Shown in pieces: positions 19,250 to 30,300 of a stretch of 64,000 bases of DNA. This stretch comes from a virus (lineage: Duplodnaviria > Caudoviricetes). The position numbers and the translations under genes are program-made. Positions within the stretch are counted from its first letter, which is position 1. Every line of letters begins with the position of its first letter. The notes beneath the pieces are model-generated. The model saw only the letters and a program-made list of their open reading frames with translations, was not told the DNA's origin and searched no databases. Location: positions 11,240 to 75,239 of the IMG/VR virus record IMGVR_UViG_2974594478_000001; one strand, given 5' to 3'.

Positions 19250-21395
19250 TCTTGAAACTACCGCCCATCATCCTGCAATCGAAGAGATTGTGGATGTTAT
19301 CTGCAATAAAACACAGAACTCAGACAGAGGATTCTATCGAACTGAGGTTGCCTACTTCCTTGCCAAGATGGCAGGGATCATGAGAGCTACCATTATCACT
19401 AAGGATCGTGGTGAGATTCCTGTGAATCTCTATGCTCTTGCTCTGGCTCCATCAGGTTTCGGTAAGGGTCACTCTGTCTCCATTATGGAGAATGAGTTCC
19501 TGAAGTCGTTCAAGAAACGCTTCATGGAAGATACATTCGTTACCATCTCGGAACAGTTCATCAATAATATTGCCAATGAGCGTGCTGCTCGTAATGGCAC
19601 TGATCAAGCCGAGGAACTGGAACGTGTGGAGAAAGAGTTCAGGCAAGCTGGTGCTTACCCATTTACTTTCGACTCTGGTACTGCACCTGCTGTTAAGCAG
19701 CTTCGTCATAAGCTTCTCATGGCTAACATTGGTTCAATCAATCTTCAGATAGATGAAATTGGATCCAATCTTATTGGTGCCACTGAAGTTCTCACTCTCT
19801 TCCTTGAGCTTTATGATCAGGGTATGGTGAAGCAGAAGCTCACTAAGAACACATCGGAGAACCAGAGAAGTGAAGAACTCGATGGGAAAACTCCAACCAA
19901 TGCTCTTCTCTTTGGGACTCCATCTAAGTTGCTTGATGGTGGACAAACCGAGGAGCAATTTTACTCCTTCCTTGAAACCGGCTATGCACGTCGATGCTTG
20001 TTCGGTTTCGGGCATCATTCCCGGTCGTCGGAAACCCTATCTCCAGCAGAGATCTATAACCGACTTATTAACCCCACGAATACTGCTGCTATCGATTACT
20101 GGGCCTCAAGATTCCACACTCTTGCTGACCCAGCTATGTATGGATGGAAAATGGTGGTTGAGGATGATGTGGCAATTGCCTTGCTTTCCTACAAAATCGA
20201 TTGTGAGAAGCTTGCCGACAGTCTTGCAGACCATGAGGATATCAAGAAAGCCGAGCTTTCGCATCGTTACTTTAAAGTCCTCAAGCTCGCAGGGGCATAT
20301 GCTTTCGTGGATAAGTCGATGGAAGTGGAAATGGATCACCTTAACTCAGCTATCAAGCTGGTTGAGGAATCTGGGGAAGCTTTCCAGACAATCCTGAACA
20401 GAGAGAAAGCCTACGTCAAACTGGCAAAATACATTGCTGATGTAGGTACAGAAGTCACTCATGCTGATCTCATGGAAGCATTGCCATTCTACAAGTCTGG
20501 TAATGCTGCTCGTAATGAGATGATCACCCTTGCTACAGCTTGGGGATATAAGAAGCATATCATCATCAAGAAGATGTTCATTGATGGGATTGAGTTCTTC
20601 AAGGGGGAAACCCTTAAGGAAACTGATCTCTCTAAGATGACACTCTCCTATTCTGATCATTGGGCTTACAATTACATGGGTGAGAAGGTTCCCTTCGATC
20701 AACTCCATGTGTTGACCCAAGCATCAGGAATGCACTGGGCGAATCATCACTTCAAGAATCAGCACAGAGCAGAAGAGAATGTGATTGCTGGCTTCAATAT
20801 GATCGTCATTGATGTTGATGGTAGTATCTCTCTGTCATCGGTCCATGAACTATTGAAGGATTTCAAGTTCATGACCTATACCACTAAGCGTCACACTGAT
20901 GATGAGAATAGGTTCAGACTTATTCTTCCCATGAATTACTATCTCGAATTGGATCAAGACGAGTATAAGGAATTCATGAATTCAGTGATGGAATGGTTGC
21001 CATTCCGGACTGATGAGAGTGCGAACCAGAGATCTAAGAAGTGGATGTCCTGTGATACTGGATCTTTCCACTATAATCTGGATGGTGAACTACTGGATGT
21101 CTTGGATTTCATTCCTAAGACTTCTCGTAATGAACAGCACAAGAGAGAGAACCAGCAATTGGAATCTCTCGACAATCTGGAACGTTGGTTCGCTCAGAGG
21201 ATTGCCTCTGGCAACCGAAACAATCACATGATCAAATATGCTCTGGCACTGGTTGACAGTGGTATGGATCTTGTGAATGTTCAGAAGCAAGTCCATGCCT
21301 TCAATCAGAAGCTCAATACCCCTCTTCCTGAAGAGGAGTTGGACAACACCGTATTGGTGACGGTCGCTAAGCGTTTCCAGCGTATGACGCATTAA
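19242..21395 (+). CDS. DNA primase / primase-helicase-like protein (N4 gp43-like)
   Basis: LAPSGFGKG P-loop, YTTKRH and FRLILP primase-like motifs, C-terminal PriCT-like GNRNNHMIKYA. ATG 19242 overlaps the upstream stop. Confidence 0.85.
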   Translation: MIDLETTAHHPAIEEIVDVICNKTQNSDRGFYRTEVAYFLAKMAGIMRATIITKDRGEIPVNLYALALAPSGFGKGHSVSIMENEFLKSFKKRFMEDTFVTISEQFINNIANERAARNGTDQAEELERVEKEFRQAGAYPFTFDSGTAPAVKQLRHKLLMANIGSINLQIDEIGSNLIGATEVLTLFLELYDQGMVKQKLTKNTSENQRSEELDGKTPTNALLFGTPSKLLDGGQTEEQFYSFLETGYARRCLFGFGHHSRSSETLSPAEIYNRLINPTNTAAIDYWASRFHTLADPAMYGWKMVVEDDVAIALLSYKIDCEKLADSLADHEDIKKAELSHRYFKVLKLAGAYAFVDKSMEVEMDHLNSAIKLVEESGEAFQTILNREKAYVKLAKYIADVGTEVTHADLMEALPFYKSGNAARNEMITLATAWGYKKHIIIKKMFIDGIEFFKGETLKETDLSKMTLSYSDHWAYNYMGEKVPFDQLHVLTQASGMHWANHHFKNQHRAEENVIAGFNMIVIDVDGSISLSSVHELLKDFKFMTYTTKRHTDDENRFRLILPMNYYLELDQDEYKEFMNSVMEWLPFRTDESANQRSKKWMSCDTGSFHYNLDGELLDVLDFIPKTSRNEQHKRENQQLESLDNLERWFAQRIASGNRNNHMIKYALALVDSGMDLVNVQKQVHAFNQKLNTPLPEEELDNTVLVTVAKRFQRMTH

Positions 21396-21461
21396 TCTCT
21401 AGGGGATAGCTAGCCTTTCTTTGGCTCTCTAAACAGCTATCCCCAGAACCAAGGAAATCAT

Positions 21462-22202
21462 ATGTCCGACGATACAAATCAAGTGATCAATGAACAGTTG
21501 GTCCTGATCAGTGGAGAATCTGGAACTGGTAAATCTGCCAGTCTCAGAAATATCAGGAACCAAGAACGATGGATGTTCCTGAATAGTGAAGCTGGTAAGA
21601 GGCTTCCATTCAAGAATAAGTTCGATGCTTATAAGATCATCGATCCCTATCAGGTTCATGAAGGTCTGGACTTTCTTAAAGTAAGTCCTGATCATGATGG
21701 AGGTATTCTTGATACCCTAACCTTCCTGATGGATATGATGGAAACACAGTACGTTCTTCGTGCTGTAAACACTCAAAATGCTTGGGGATCCTTTGCTCAA
21801 TTCTTTAAGGAAATGATGCAGGAAAAGGTAGCATCCCTAGATAAACCATTCCTCATTCTGGCTCATACCAGATCTGATCTGGATGAGAAGAATATGGAAA
21901 TGAAGACAGCGGTTCCCATTAAGGGAGCGCTTAGAAACAATGGTATCGAAGCATACTTCTCAACCGTAGTGTCCACTAAAAAGGTTCCCCTTACGGAACT
22001 GAAGGAATATGAGAACGATATGCTTCATATCACTGAGGAAGATGAAATGCTTGGCTATAAGCATGTCTTCCAAACCAGACTCACCAAGAAAACGGTGGGA
22101 GAGCGTATTCGGTCGCCTATGGGTATGTTCACCAAGGAACAGACTTTCATCGACAATGACGCTCAACTCCTTCTGGATCACATGAAGGACTACTACGCTT
22201 AA
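21462..22202 (+). CDS. Sak4-like AAA ATPase (N4 gp44-like)
   Basis: ISGESGTGKSASL Walker A, ILDTLTF, GIEAYFSTVV. Confidence 0.85.
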   Translation: MSDDTNQVINEQLVLISGESGTGKSASLRNIRNQERWMFLNSEAGKRLPFKNKFDAYKIIDPYQVHEGLDFLKVSPDHDGGILDTLTFLMDMMETQYVLRAVNTQNAWGSFAQFFKEMMQEKVASLDKPFLILAHTRSDLDEKNMEMKTAVPIKGALRNNGIEAYFSTVVSTKKVPLTELKEYENDMLHITEEDEMLGYKHVFQTRLTKKTVGERIRSPMGMFTKEQTFIDNDAQLLLDHMKDYYA

Positions 22203-22230
22203 CTGTTGGAACCAACGAAAGAGAATAAAA

Positions 22231-23010
22231 ATGTCTAATCTATTTGGAAACCTGAGCACTCAAGATCATGAAGAGGTACAAGACCGCCTTGGTGGTTTTA
22301 CCGCTTATGAGACTGATGCTTACACTGGTAAGATCAAGGCTGCTTATGCAGGCAAATCGGAAGGCGGTGCTCAGTCGATGACTTACATCTTTACACTGTC
22401 TTCTGGTGAATATCGTGAGACAGCTTGGGTCACGAACAAGGAAGGTAAGAATTACTACCATCCGAAGAAGGCTGATGGCACGGTCATTACCGACAAGAAG
22501 CAGACGCTGGCTGGTTATACCATTGCCAATGACATTGCTCTTGTCACGGTAGGCAAGGAGCTTGGCGAACTGGTCTTTGAAGAGAAGGTCATGAACGTCT
22601 ATGACCCGGATGCCAAGAAGGAGCTTCCCAAGGCTGTAATGATGGCAACCGAGCTTCTCGGTCAGGAAGTCACTCTGGGCATTGTCAAGCAGATCGTTGA
22701 CAAGCAAACCAAAGACGCATCTGGTCAATATGTTTCGACGGGTGAGACTCGTGAGGAGAACCAGATTGAGAAGGTCTTCCATTGCCCTAGCAACGTCACG
22801 GTTGTTGAACAACGTGAAGCTGTAAAGGCTGGACGTGATGCTACCCCAGTCTTCTTTGAAAAGTGGGTGGAGAAGAACAAGGGTCAGACTCGTGATCGTT
22901 CCACGAAGTCGAACCAGAATGGTCAGTCTGGTCGTCCCGGTCAGAAGTCTCCGCCTCAAGCTGGTCAGCAGACTGCTCAGAGGACATCTCTCTTCGGCAA
23001 TAAGGGTTAA
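22231..23010 (+). CDS. ssb: single-stranded DNA-binding protein (N4 gp45-like)
   Basis: Synteny; EYRETAWVTN, ENQIEKVF motifs; C-terminal SLFG tail typical of N4 SSB. Confidence 0.85.
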   Translation: MSNLFGNLSTQDHEEVQDRLGGFTAYETDAYTGKIKAAYAGKSEGGAQSMTYIFTLSSGEYRETAWVTNKEGKNYYHPKKADGTVITDKKQTLAGYTIANDIALVTVGKELGELVFEEKVMNVYDPDAKKELPKAVMMATELLGQEVTLGIVKQIVDKQTKDASGQYVSTGETREENQIEKVFHCPSNVTVVEQREAVKAGRDATPVFFEKWVEKNKGQTRDRSTKSNQNGQSGRPGQKSPPQAGQQTAQRTSLFGNKG

Positions 23011-23023
23011 TCCCTCATTGTTT

Positions 23024-23052
23024 GTTGACTTCTCCTGTGCTATCCCCTATTT
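23024..23052 (+). promoter_or_regulatory. candidate host sigma70 promoter (alphaproteobacterial type)
   Basis: GTTGAC-N17-CTATTT matches the CTTGAC-N17-CTATAT consensus known from rhizobia; upstream of the resolvase gene. Confidence 0.4.
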
Positions 23053-23070
23053 AATTAGGGGGTAGACACA

Positions 23071-23886
23071 GTGTCACATGTAATAAGTTTACCGATTAAG
23101 ATCCAACTCTCCAAAAAGGAGAAGTTCTACCTTAATCTGAATGCGTATCGAAATGCTCATTACTTCACATTGAACAAGGCTAAGGTCTTATTCAAAGAGG
23201 CAATTGAAGGCTTAGTAAATACGCTACCTTCCATGAAGAAAGTAGAGCTAAGCTTTATGCTTTTCATGGGGTCACAAAGATCAGCAGACCTCAGTAATAT
23301 ATGCAGCGTAGTGGATAAGTTCTTCTGTGATGCACTGGTTGAGTTAGGGAAACTTCCTGATGACAACTATGATGTTATTGGATCCGTTGATTACAAATTC
23401 GGGGGCATAGATAAAAACAATCCCCGAGTAGACGTACACATAAACCCCCTAGTAAGTGAAAACGCAGAAGAGGAAGACACAATGCAAATCACTATCGTTC
23501 AGGCAGAAATCGAAGCTGCTATCACCAACTACATTACCCAGCAGGTCTCGGTTAACGAGGGCATGGATATCAATATTGAACTCCGTGCAACTCGTGGCGC
23601 TGAAGGCTTCCAAGCCATCATCGACATCGTACCTGCTAATCCCAAGTCCGGTCGTCGTGCAGCAGCAAACACCAGCAATGGTTCTGTAGCTGCTCAGGCT
23701 ACTGCTCCTGCTGCCAAGAAGGCAGAAGCCCCGGTTGCTGAAGCAGTTACCGGTGAAGCTACCACTGCTCCGACTGCACAGGAAGAAGCAGAAGCTCAGG
23801 TTGAAGACGGTCCGGTAGAGGCACCGTCTGAGCCGCCGATCCAGTCCCGTTCGCTGTTTGGTGGTCTCAAAGCCAACGCTGAATAA
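23071..23886 (+). CDS. RusA-like Holliday junction resolvase fused in frame to an Ala/Glu-rich N4-type protein
   Basis: DLSNICSVVDKFFCDAL...LPDDNY RusA motif. A second domain begins MQITIVQAEIEAAI at 23482 with its own GAGGA RBS. Confidence 0.75.
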   Translation: MSHVISLPIKIQLSKKEKFYLNLNAYRNAHYFTLNKAKVLFKEAIEGLVNTLPSMKKVELSFMLFMGSQRSADLSNICSVVDKFFCDALVELGKLPDDNYDVIGSVDYKFGGIDKNNPRVDVHINPLVSENAEEEDTMQITIVQAEIEAAITNYITQQVSVNEGMDINIELRATRGAEGFQAIIDIVPANPKSGRRAAANTSNGSVAAQATAPAAKKAEAPVAEAVTGEATTAPTAQEEAEAQVEDGPVEAPSEPPIQSRSLFGGLKANAE

Positions 23887-24044
23887 TGGACTTGCTCCTA
23901 GCCATACTCATTGGGATCATTGTCGTGATTGTCTATTTTGCAATAGGCGCTTTAATCATAGCAATGATCCCTGTGCTTGTCGGGCTAGGAATCTTTGCAA
24001 TGGCAGCTATCATTGCTTATGCACTTCTCAAGTCCCGGCACTAG
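23886..24044 (+). CDS. small hydrophobic membrane protein (52 aa, not in ORF track)
   Basis: TAATG overlap; MDLLLAILIGIIVVIVYFAIGALIIAMIPVLVGLGIFAMAAIIAYALLKSRH. Confidence 0.75.
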   Translation: MDLLLAILIGIIVVIVYFAIGALIIAMIPVLVGLGIFAMAAIIAYALLKSRH

Positions 24045-24134
24045 GGCAACGTCCTACCTATTTAGGTTGACAGCTTTCCTCAGTGCTATAATAATTGTTT
24101 TGCGTGATGTGCGCTCAGGAAAGCCTTAAATTTC

Positions 24135-24169
24135 AGCCAGTAGAGGATTAGATCTCTACTGGCTTTTTT
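24135..24169 (+). terminator. Rho-independent terminator
   Basis: Perfect 11-bp stem AGCCAGTAGAG/CTCTACTGGCT plus T-run. Confidence 0.85.
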
Positions 24170-24183
24170 CTTACGAGGAACCA

Positions 24184-24363
24184 ATGGAAGCCGAGATTAT
24201 CAATAACATTGAAAAGCACGCTGTACGGGAAATGATTCAGGACACCATCAAGAGAGCCAAGGATCTAAAGGCATCTCGGAATATCGCTATGGTGATCACC
24301 AATCTGGAAAATGCAGAAGACAAAATCATTCGAGCTATTGAAGAAGAAAAAACCCCCAATTAA
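24184..24363 (+). CDS. small helical protein (59 aa, not in ORF track)
   Basis: GAGGA RBS; MEAEIINNIEKHAVREMIQDTIKRAKDLKASRNIAMVITNLENAEDKIIRAIEEEKTPN. Confidence 0.75.
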   Translation: MEAEIINNIEKHAVREMIQDTIKRAKDLKASRNIAMVITNLENAEDKIIRAIEEEKTPN

Positions 24364-24375
24364 GGGGGTTTATTT
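24347..24375. terminator. bidirectional terminator between converging gene blocks
   Basis: AAACCCCC/GGGGGTTT stem with A-run on the left and T-rich on the right, at the convergence of + middle genes and - vRNAP. Confidence 0.8.
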
Positions 24376-27300
24376 CTATTTGAACAACTGCATCCAAGGA
24401 TTGAGATTCCAAGAATTCAATCCCATTCCCGGACCTACTGAGTAATCCAGCTTTCCATTCACCATCACCGACAAGAAGTTGTCTGTCACAGGTGAACCTA
24501 TGGAACCAATGACTGGGAAGCTAGGTGCCATCATCCCTGCCATGAAAGCTCTGACAGGATTGTTCCTGATCATAGAAGCAGCAACCTTCATGGATCTCAA
24601 CTTGAAGTTCCAGAACCAAAGAAGACCAACACTCTCAAGGTAGTTACGTGTCCGACCAGCAAGGCGGTTATAGTTCACGAACTCCTCAGAGACTTGTCCC
24701 AGAGCTTGCTCTCTGGAGAGACCCTGACGCTTTATCAGATCGTCATACATAATTGCCTTGGCAATGAAGTCACCATATTGGACAGCACGAGCCAGACCCT
24801 TGAACAGTGCAGTGTCCTTAGTGATCAGAGCATAGCGACCAGCAGTCCTGAGACCAGCAGGCAATCTCTTAGCTTGGTTCTCCAGATAGGTCACAAACCG
24901 ACCATTGGAGAGTGCCAGATCTTCCTGAGTGATCCCACCATCAGAGATGGAGGAGAATTCACCATGCTCAATCAGAGGTGCAATGGTCATGCGACGATTG
25001 CTATCCTTGATCGATTGAAGCTCAGACTGGATCTTTCTCTGTTTCACAAGATCGTTACCAGCAGCACGAAGATCCGCTTCCAGTTCGATCTGGCGTTCCC
25101 GGTTCTTGATATACTGGTTGATCTCAACCGTCTTCTCACCCATGCCTTTGAGGATATTTCTCAGAGGCACACCACGTCCCATAAGCTGATACCCATTCGA
25201 CATGATATTAGCGAGAGGAACGATCATCGACTTGACGACGATCAACACTCTAGCATCAGCAACAACGTTCTGTGTGAAGCGCTCTGCCTGAACCAGATAC
25301 TTAAATGCATTCTGTCCTTGACCAGCAAGGTCAAATACACCGACAGCAGCCTGTCTCAGTCTCTCAGTGACAGCAGGCTTCCACCGTGTCGTACCCGTCC
25401 AGATATCGCCCACAGAGGCGGACCTGAAGCCAATGGCATCATTCAGCATATCACGACGGACACGGAAACCCTCTCCCCCAAAAACTTCCTTGATAGTGTC
25501 CTTTGTCCGAGCGGGAACCAAGTTCCACGCATCATGAAGAACTGCATCATCACTTCGCTTAAGATTGGCAAGATCCACAAATTCATTAGCTCGACCCTTT
25601 TTCTGCTCATTCCAAATTTTGGCAAGATGTTCAATCAGTTGCTTGTTGAAGTCTTCAGCAAGAGCTTCTTCAACTTGACGACCACGCCATGCACCGATCA
25701 TCTGTCCCAGATGAGTGTTACGGTTCATACGTGCCATTTGAGCAGGATCAATGCTACGTTCAAAAGCGATAACATCCCCACTCTCATCATAGACCGGAAG
25801 TAGTGGTTCCACTGCATTCTGGTTACGATGCATGTTCTTGATAATACGGGCTATCTCATCAGGATTGGTTATAGCACCGGCAGTAAGATCCTGAGTAGTA
25901 CGACCAGTATTAGGATCCACACCGGAAGCAGTAGTATGAACTGTTTGTAGGACGCCTTGATTGAAAGGAGCACGACCTGAGACAGGTGCGTAATAATACC
26001 CTCTCTTGGTTCCACGTCCTTCCGCTTGTGATCCAGTGTAATCAGATACTCTGGTATAACCCAAAGTGATAAGGCGAGCATATTCCGTATCCTCCGCAAC
26101 AATCAGACTGGTTCCAACCTGATTCTCAGATGGAATATAGCCTTTATAGTGGTTGGCTCTTGCAGCCCCTGTGGTGATCTTCAATTGCTCATCAGCACGC
26201 TGACCTCTCAGATAGTTGATGGCAAAGTCCAACCCATCCTTTTCACTCTGAGCCAAGGAAGAAAGAGTAGCCTTTACGTCTTGGTTCAGTCCCTTAAGAG
26301 CATAGAGAGTTACCAGATGATCGACAGCTTGAATCGTCTGCTCACTAGCAGCAGTCTTACGACCACCAGCACCGAAGAGGTTAGCAACAGCATACGCATT
26401 GCGCAGGGTGTTACCGGAAGCTTTCCCAGTATTCATGAAGTTCGCAAGGTCTTGAGCCGCTCTATGAATCCTGTTGAACAGCGCTCCCTCGCTGGCTTTG
26501 AGATTGGATTCGATCTGGCTAGTGATGACATCGATACGTGTGTCGTAGCTCAACATAGCAAGGACGGTATCCATATCATAAGCATCGAGCAGGGAAGCGA
26601 TATCCGTCTTACCAAGTCCCTTAAAGAGATGCGACCACTCATCCTCACTAATCGGTCTGGTGAAATGATTCGCAATCTTCGTTGGCAAATGTTCTCTGAA
26701 CTGTTGACGAGTCTGTTGAACAGCAGAGCGAACCAGTGAGATCATATCAAAGATATTGGCATTCTCTTTTGTCCGACCAATGATTTCCGTGGTGAGTTCT
26801 CTCAATGAGACAAACCCACTCTGTTGATTCATTGCAGAGGTGACTGCACTGGCGACATGCTCAGCAGTTTCATTGTTAACAATAGCAGTCATTGCTTTGA
26901 TGAAATTAGCAGCAGCTTTAACATAAGTGTTATTGCTGTTGTTCCTAACCTCAGTTGCCTTGTCAGCAAGTTTACCAGACAGATCCTGAAACTTGTCTCG
27001 TACCCAACCATCAAAACCACTAACGATGTTATCCGTCTGTTGCTCAATGAATGTTCTTTGATCCTGAACTTGTTCAGTCAAAGTCTTGGTAAGAGCATCC
27101 AGTGCAGCCTTAGCGTCAGAACCTTTAGGCTCTCCTGCCATCAGGACAGAGAGTCTATCCATTGCAGCATTGCCGAGATTCTCAAGCAGTGCATCAACAG
27201 TACCTTCATTGTTTCTCTCAGACTTAGGAGACTCGATCTTAGAGAGAACATCTCTAAAACCATCATCTACCATTGCCAGAGCCAAGAAAGCAGGCAGGAG

Positions 27301-30300
27301 ATTGGTCCGACCATGACGATCTGTCTTGGTTAGATACACACCAGTCAAGGATCTGAACTTTTCCTGAGCTTGATACTCTTCATTCTGGTCAGGATGTTCC
27401 GATGTAATGAAGTCAGCAGGGTTCAGCTTCTGAGTGACATGAGCATAGATCTCTTGGATCCGAGCCATAGAGGCAGGATTCAACTTTGCTTCTGTAGCAA
27501 AAGCAGCATGGATCATTTGGAAGGTGGAAGCCTGTTGCATATTCATGGGGAAACCATGAGCACGGAACGATTCAGCTACCGCTTGAGCTTCAGTCAACTC
27601 AGCTTCAGTTTCCTTGGTTCTGGTATCTCTCTCAATTTCATCAGAGACTTCTGTGATTGCAGAGAGGACACGATCATGGAACCGTTCTCTCAGTTCCGTA
27701 AGTCTTTCATCCGAACCAAAGGAAGGTGAGTGATAAGCAATCACACCGGAAGCATTCTCACGGAAAGTCGTTGGTGTAGACAAGAGGATAGCTGTATTAA
27801 AGCGGATGTTGGACCAGAGAGTATCACTCAATGGAAGTCCAACCAGCTTCTTCAGAATGTTCACAACATCCTTGGCAATCTTAGCCAGCTTATCCTTGAC
27901 CTTCGTCTTCTTCTGAACCGAAGCAAGTGCTTCATTCGAGAGAGACCAAGCCATAAACTCATTAAGAGCAGCAGCAGTCTGCTTCTTGTTCAGCTTATCA
28001 GCAACAGTGCTGTAAGCCATACGACGAGCTTCTTGAGCTACCACAGACTCTTTCGAATAGTCTTGGTTCAACCATTCTCTCATCAGAGCTTCTAGGCGTC
28101 TAATAGCATCTGCATCCTGCTTGGAGACAGAGTTGTTATCAGCATAGAAGTTATAAACCTTATCCAAAGTCGCAGCATGAACCAGTTCATGTGTAATCGT
28201 TTCAGGAGAAGGGTTAGAAATATAAATGGTCTTAGTAAGAGTGTTGATCTTCCCATAGAAGACATCATTCGGAACATGGTTTGCTGGATCATTCTGTGCT
28301 TCATGAGCAGAGAGTTGAGCAGGAGAACCAATGACAAAGGTGTAACCATCGCCCTCAATAGCGTTGAGAAGTTCCTGTGGAATCTCTTCAATGCCATCGA
28401 ACTCAACAGCATCAACGATCCGAGCACCAGAGTCACTATCAACAAAGCCAAGCTTATTGATCTTCTCTACGAATTCATTGGTAGGTGTCTCAACAGCAGC
28501 AGGAGCTTTCCTGCCTTGGATCTTAGCGAGTTCTTCATTGTAGATCTCGTTGATCCGAGTGAGAAGCTCAACAGGATCTGTTGGCAGAACTTCACCTTCA
28601 TTGGTGTAAGCCTGTTCAGCAGATGCCATATGATCCACGGAAAGTTCAACTCTTTCCATAGCTCTATGTCGAGCTTCAATGGATTGAGCATCAGAAACCA
28701 TACCAGCATTAAGATCACTGATATCATTCAATGCATCTTCCCATGCTGTACCAGCAGCATCACTCTTACCATAGAGTGCTTCCATGATCTCTTGCTTGCC
28801 AGCATCATCAAGCTGATCGAAGATATCGGTATTCAGGAAAGCAGAGAAGCTTTCCGATACGCTCTGGACAGGATTCCCCATCCAACCATCAAAGACAGCT
28901 TCATTGATTTTCCGGGAATCCTCATCAATGGTCGAAGCTTTCATCTCCACACCATCAAAGACATAGAGAGCACCTTCAGGTGCATTGGATCCAGTGATGA
29001 TATTCTGGACCATCTGCCCATCACCAGTGCCAATGACCATGTAAGGAACGCCAGCAACACCAGCATTCTCAGGACCATAGATATAAGCAGGCGTCGTTAC
29101 CGTCTCAAACTTCTGTGTTCCAGTTTGGAGAGCACGAGCGAAAGTTCTGATACCAACATCACTACGTTCAGATCCACCGACAAAGAATGTCTGTGTCCCT
29201 GTGCTAATGAGGGGAGAGTATTTCGCAAGCTCTTTATAGATCTTGTTCATCTCTCTCTGAGAAAGAAACTCTTGACCTTTCTTCTCAGCCAGCTTGGACA
29301 TCACTCTTTGTTGGAAGAGATGCTTCAGAGCAATGGATTGTACTTGGATCGACTTCTGGACTTTCCGAGTCGTATCCATAGATGGACCCATCATTTCCTG
29401 AATGGCACCATCCATTTGGTTCACAAACAATGTCTTCACATTCGACTTGAAGCGATCCAATTGCTCCTTGGTGAATGTAAACTTGGAAGCATCGATATTG
29501 TTGGAACCAGTGAAAGGAGTAGCCTTACCTTCGATCTTGACTTTGAAGGTTCCCTTATCACCGGGGATGACAACACCATTGATCAGCAGTTCAAGGTTCT
29601 CCAAGAGCTTGGGATCAGGTGTTCCATTGCCTTGCAGAGCATCCGACAGTTGCTCATAGAAGGTCTCAACAAGACCACTAGCAACTTTACCAGCAATTCC
29701 ATCAATACCAGATCCATAGATGGTAATGGTCAATGGGTTCTTCGTGACACCACGGGACAATTCCAATTGACCATTCTCAAACTTCACATCTGCATTAAGA
29801 GCATTCATGACTTCAAGAAGTGCATTGGAATAAGCTTCAGCATCTGTACCAGCAACAAGGTTCCTGAAATCAGCTTGCTTGGTTCTCAGTTTCTTGGTTG
29901 CTTCCTGATACAGATCCTCATCATCAACAGATTGATGAGCATTCAGTGTCTTATCACGAACACCAAAGAACAGACCACCCTTGGCAACATTCTTGAGCCA
30001 AGTAGAGTCAAACAATCCAGCAGTGAAATGCACCAAAGCATTGATAGGACCATCAGTCTTTCCGTCTGCTTCCAAGGACAGGAAGTGTTCGAAGTTAGTA
30101 AGATCTTGAGCTAGTCCAAGCTTAGCTACAGACAAGATAGCATGGACTGCCTTGAAGGAGAGATCACCACCAAAAGCTTCTTTCACAGCAGCAAGAGTTT
30201 CAGTTGGAATAGCAGTACCATTCTCAATGAAAGCTTCAAACGCTGGCAGATGATCTTGAATCTTAGCAATCTTCTCCTGAGCTTTCTGTACAGCTACAGC

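Noticed and set aside
21401-21444. Bulged hairpin GGGATAGCT/AGCTATCCC between primase and Sak4-like genes
   Set aside because: No U-tract after the stem. It could be an RNase III or pause site, but there is nothing further to support a function.
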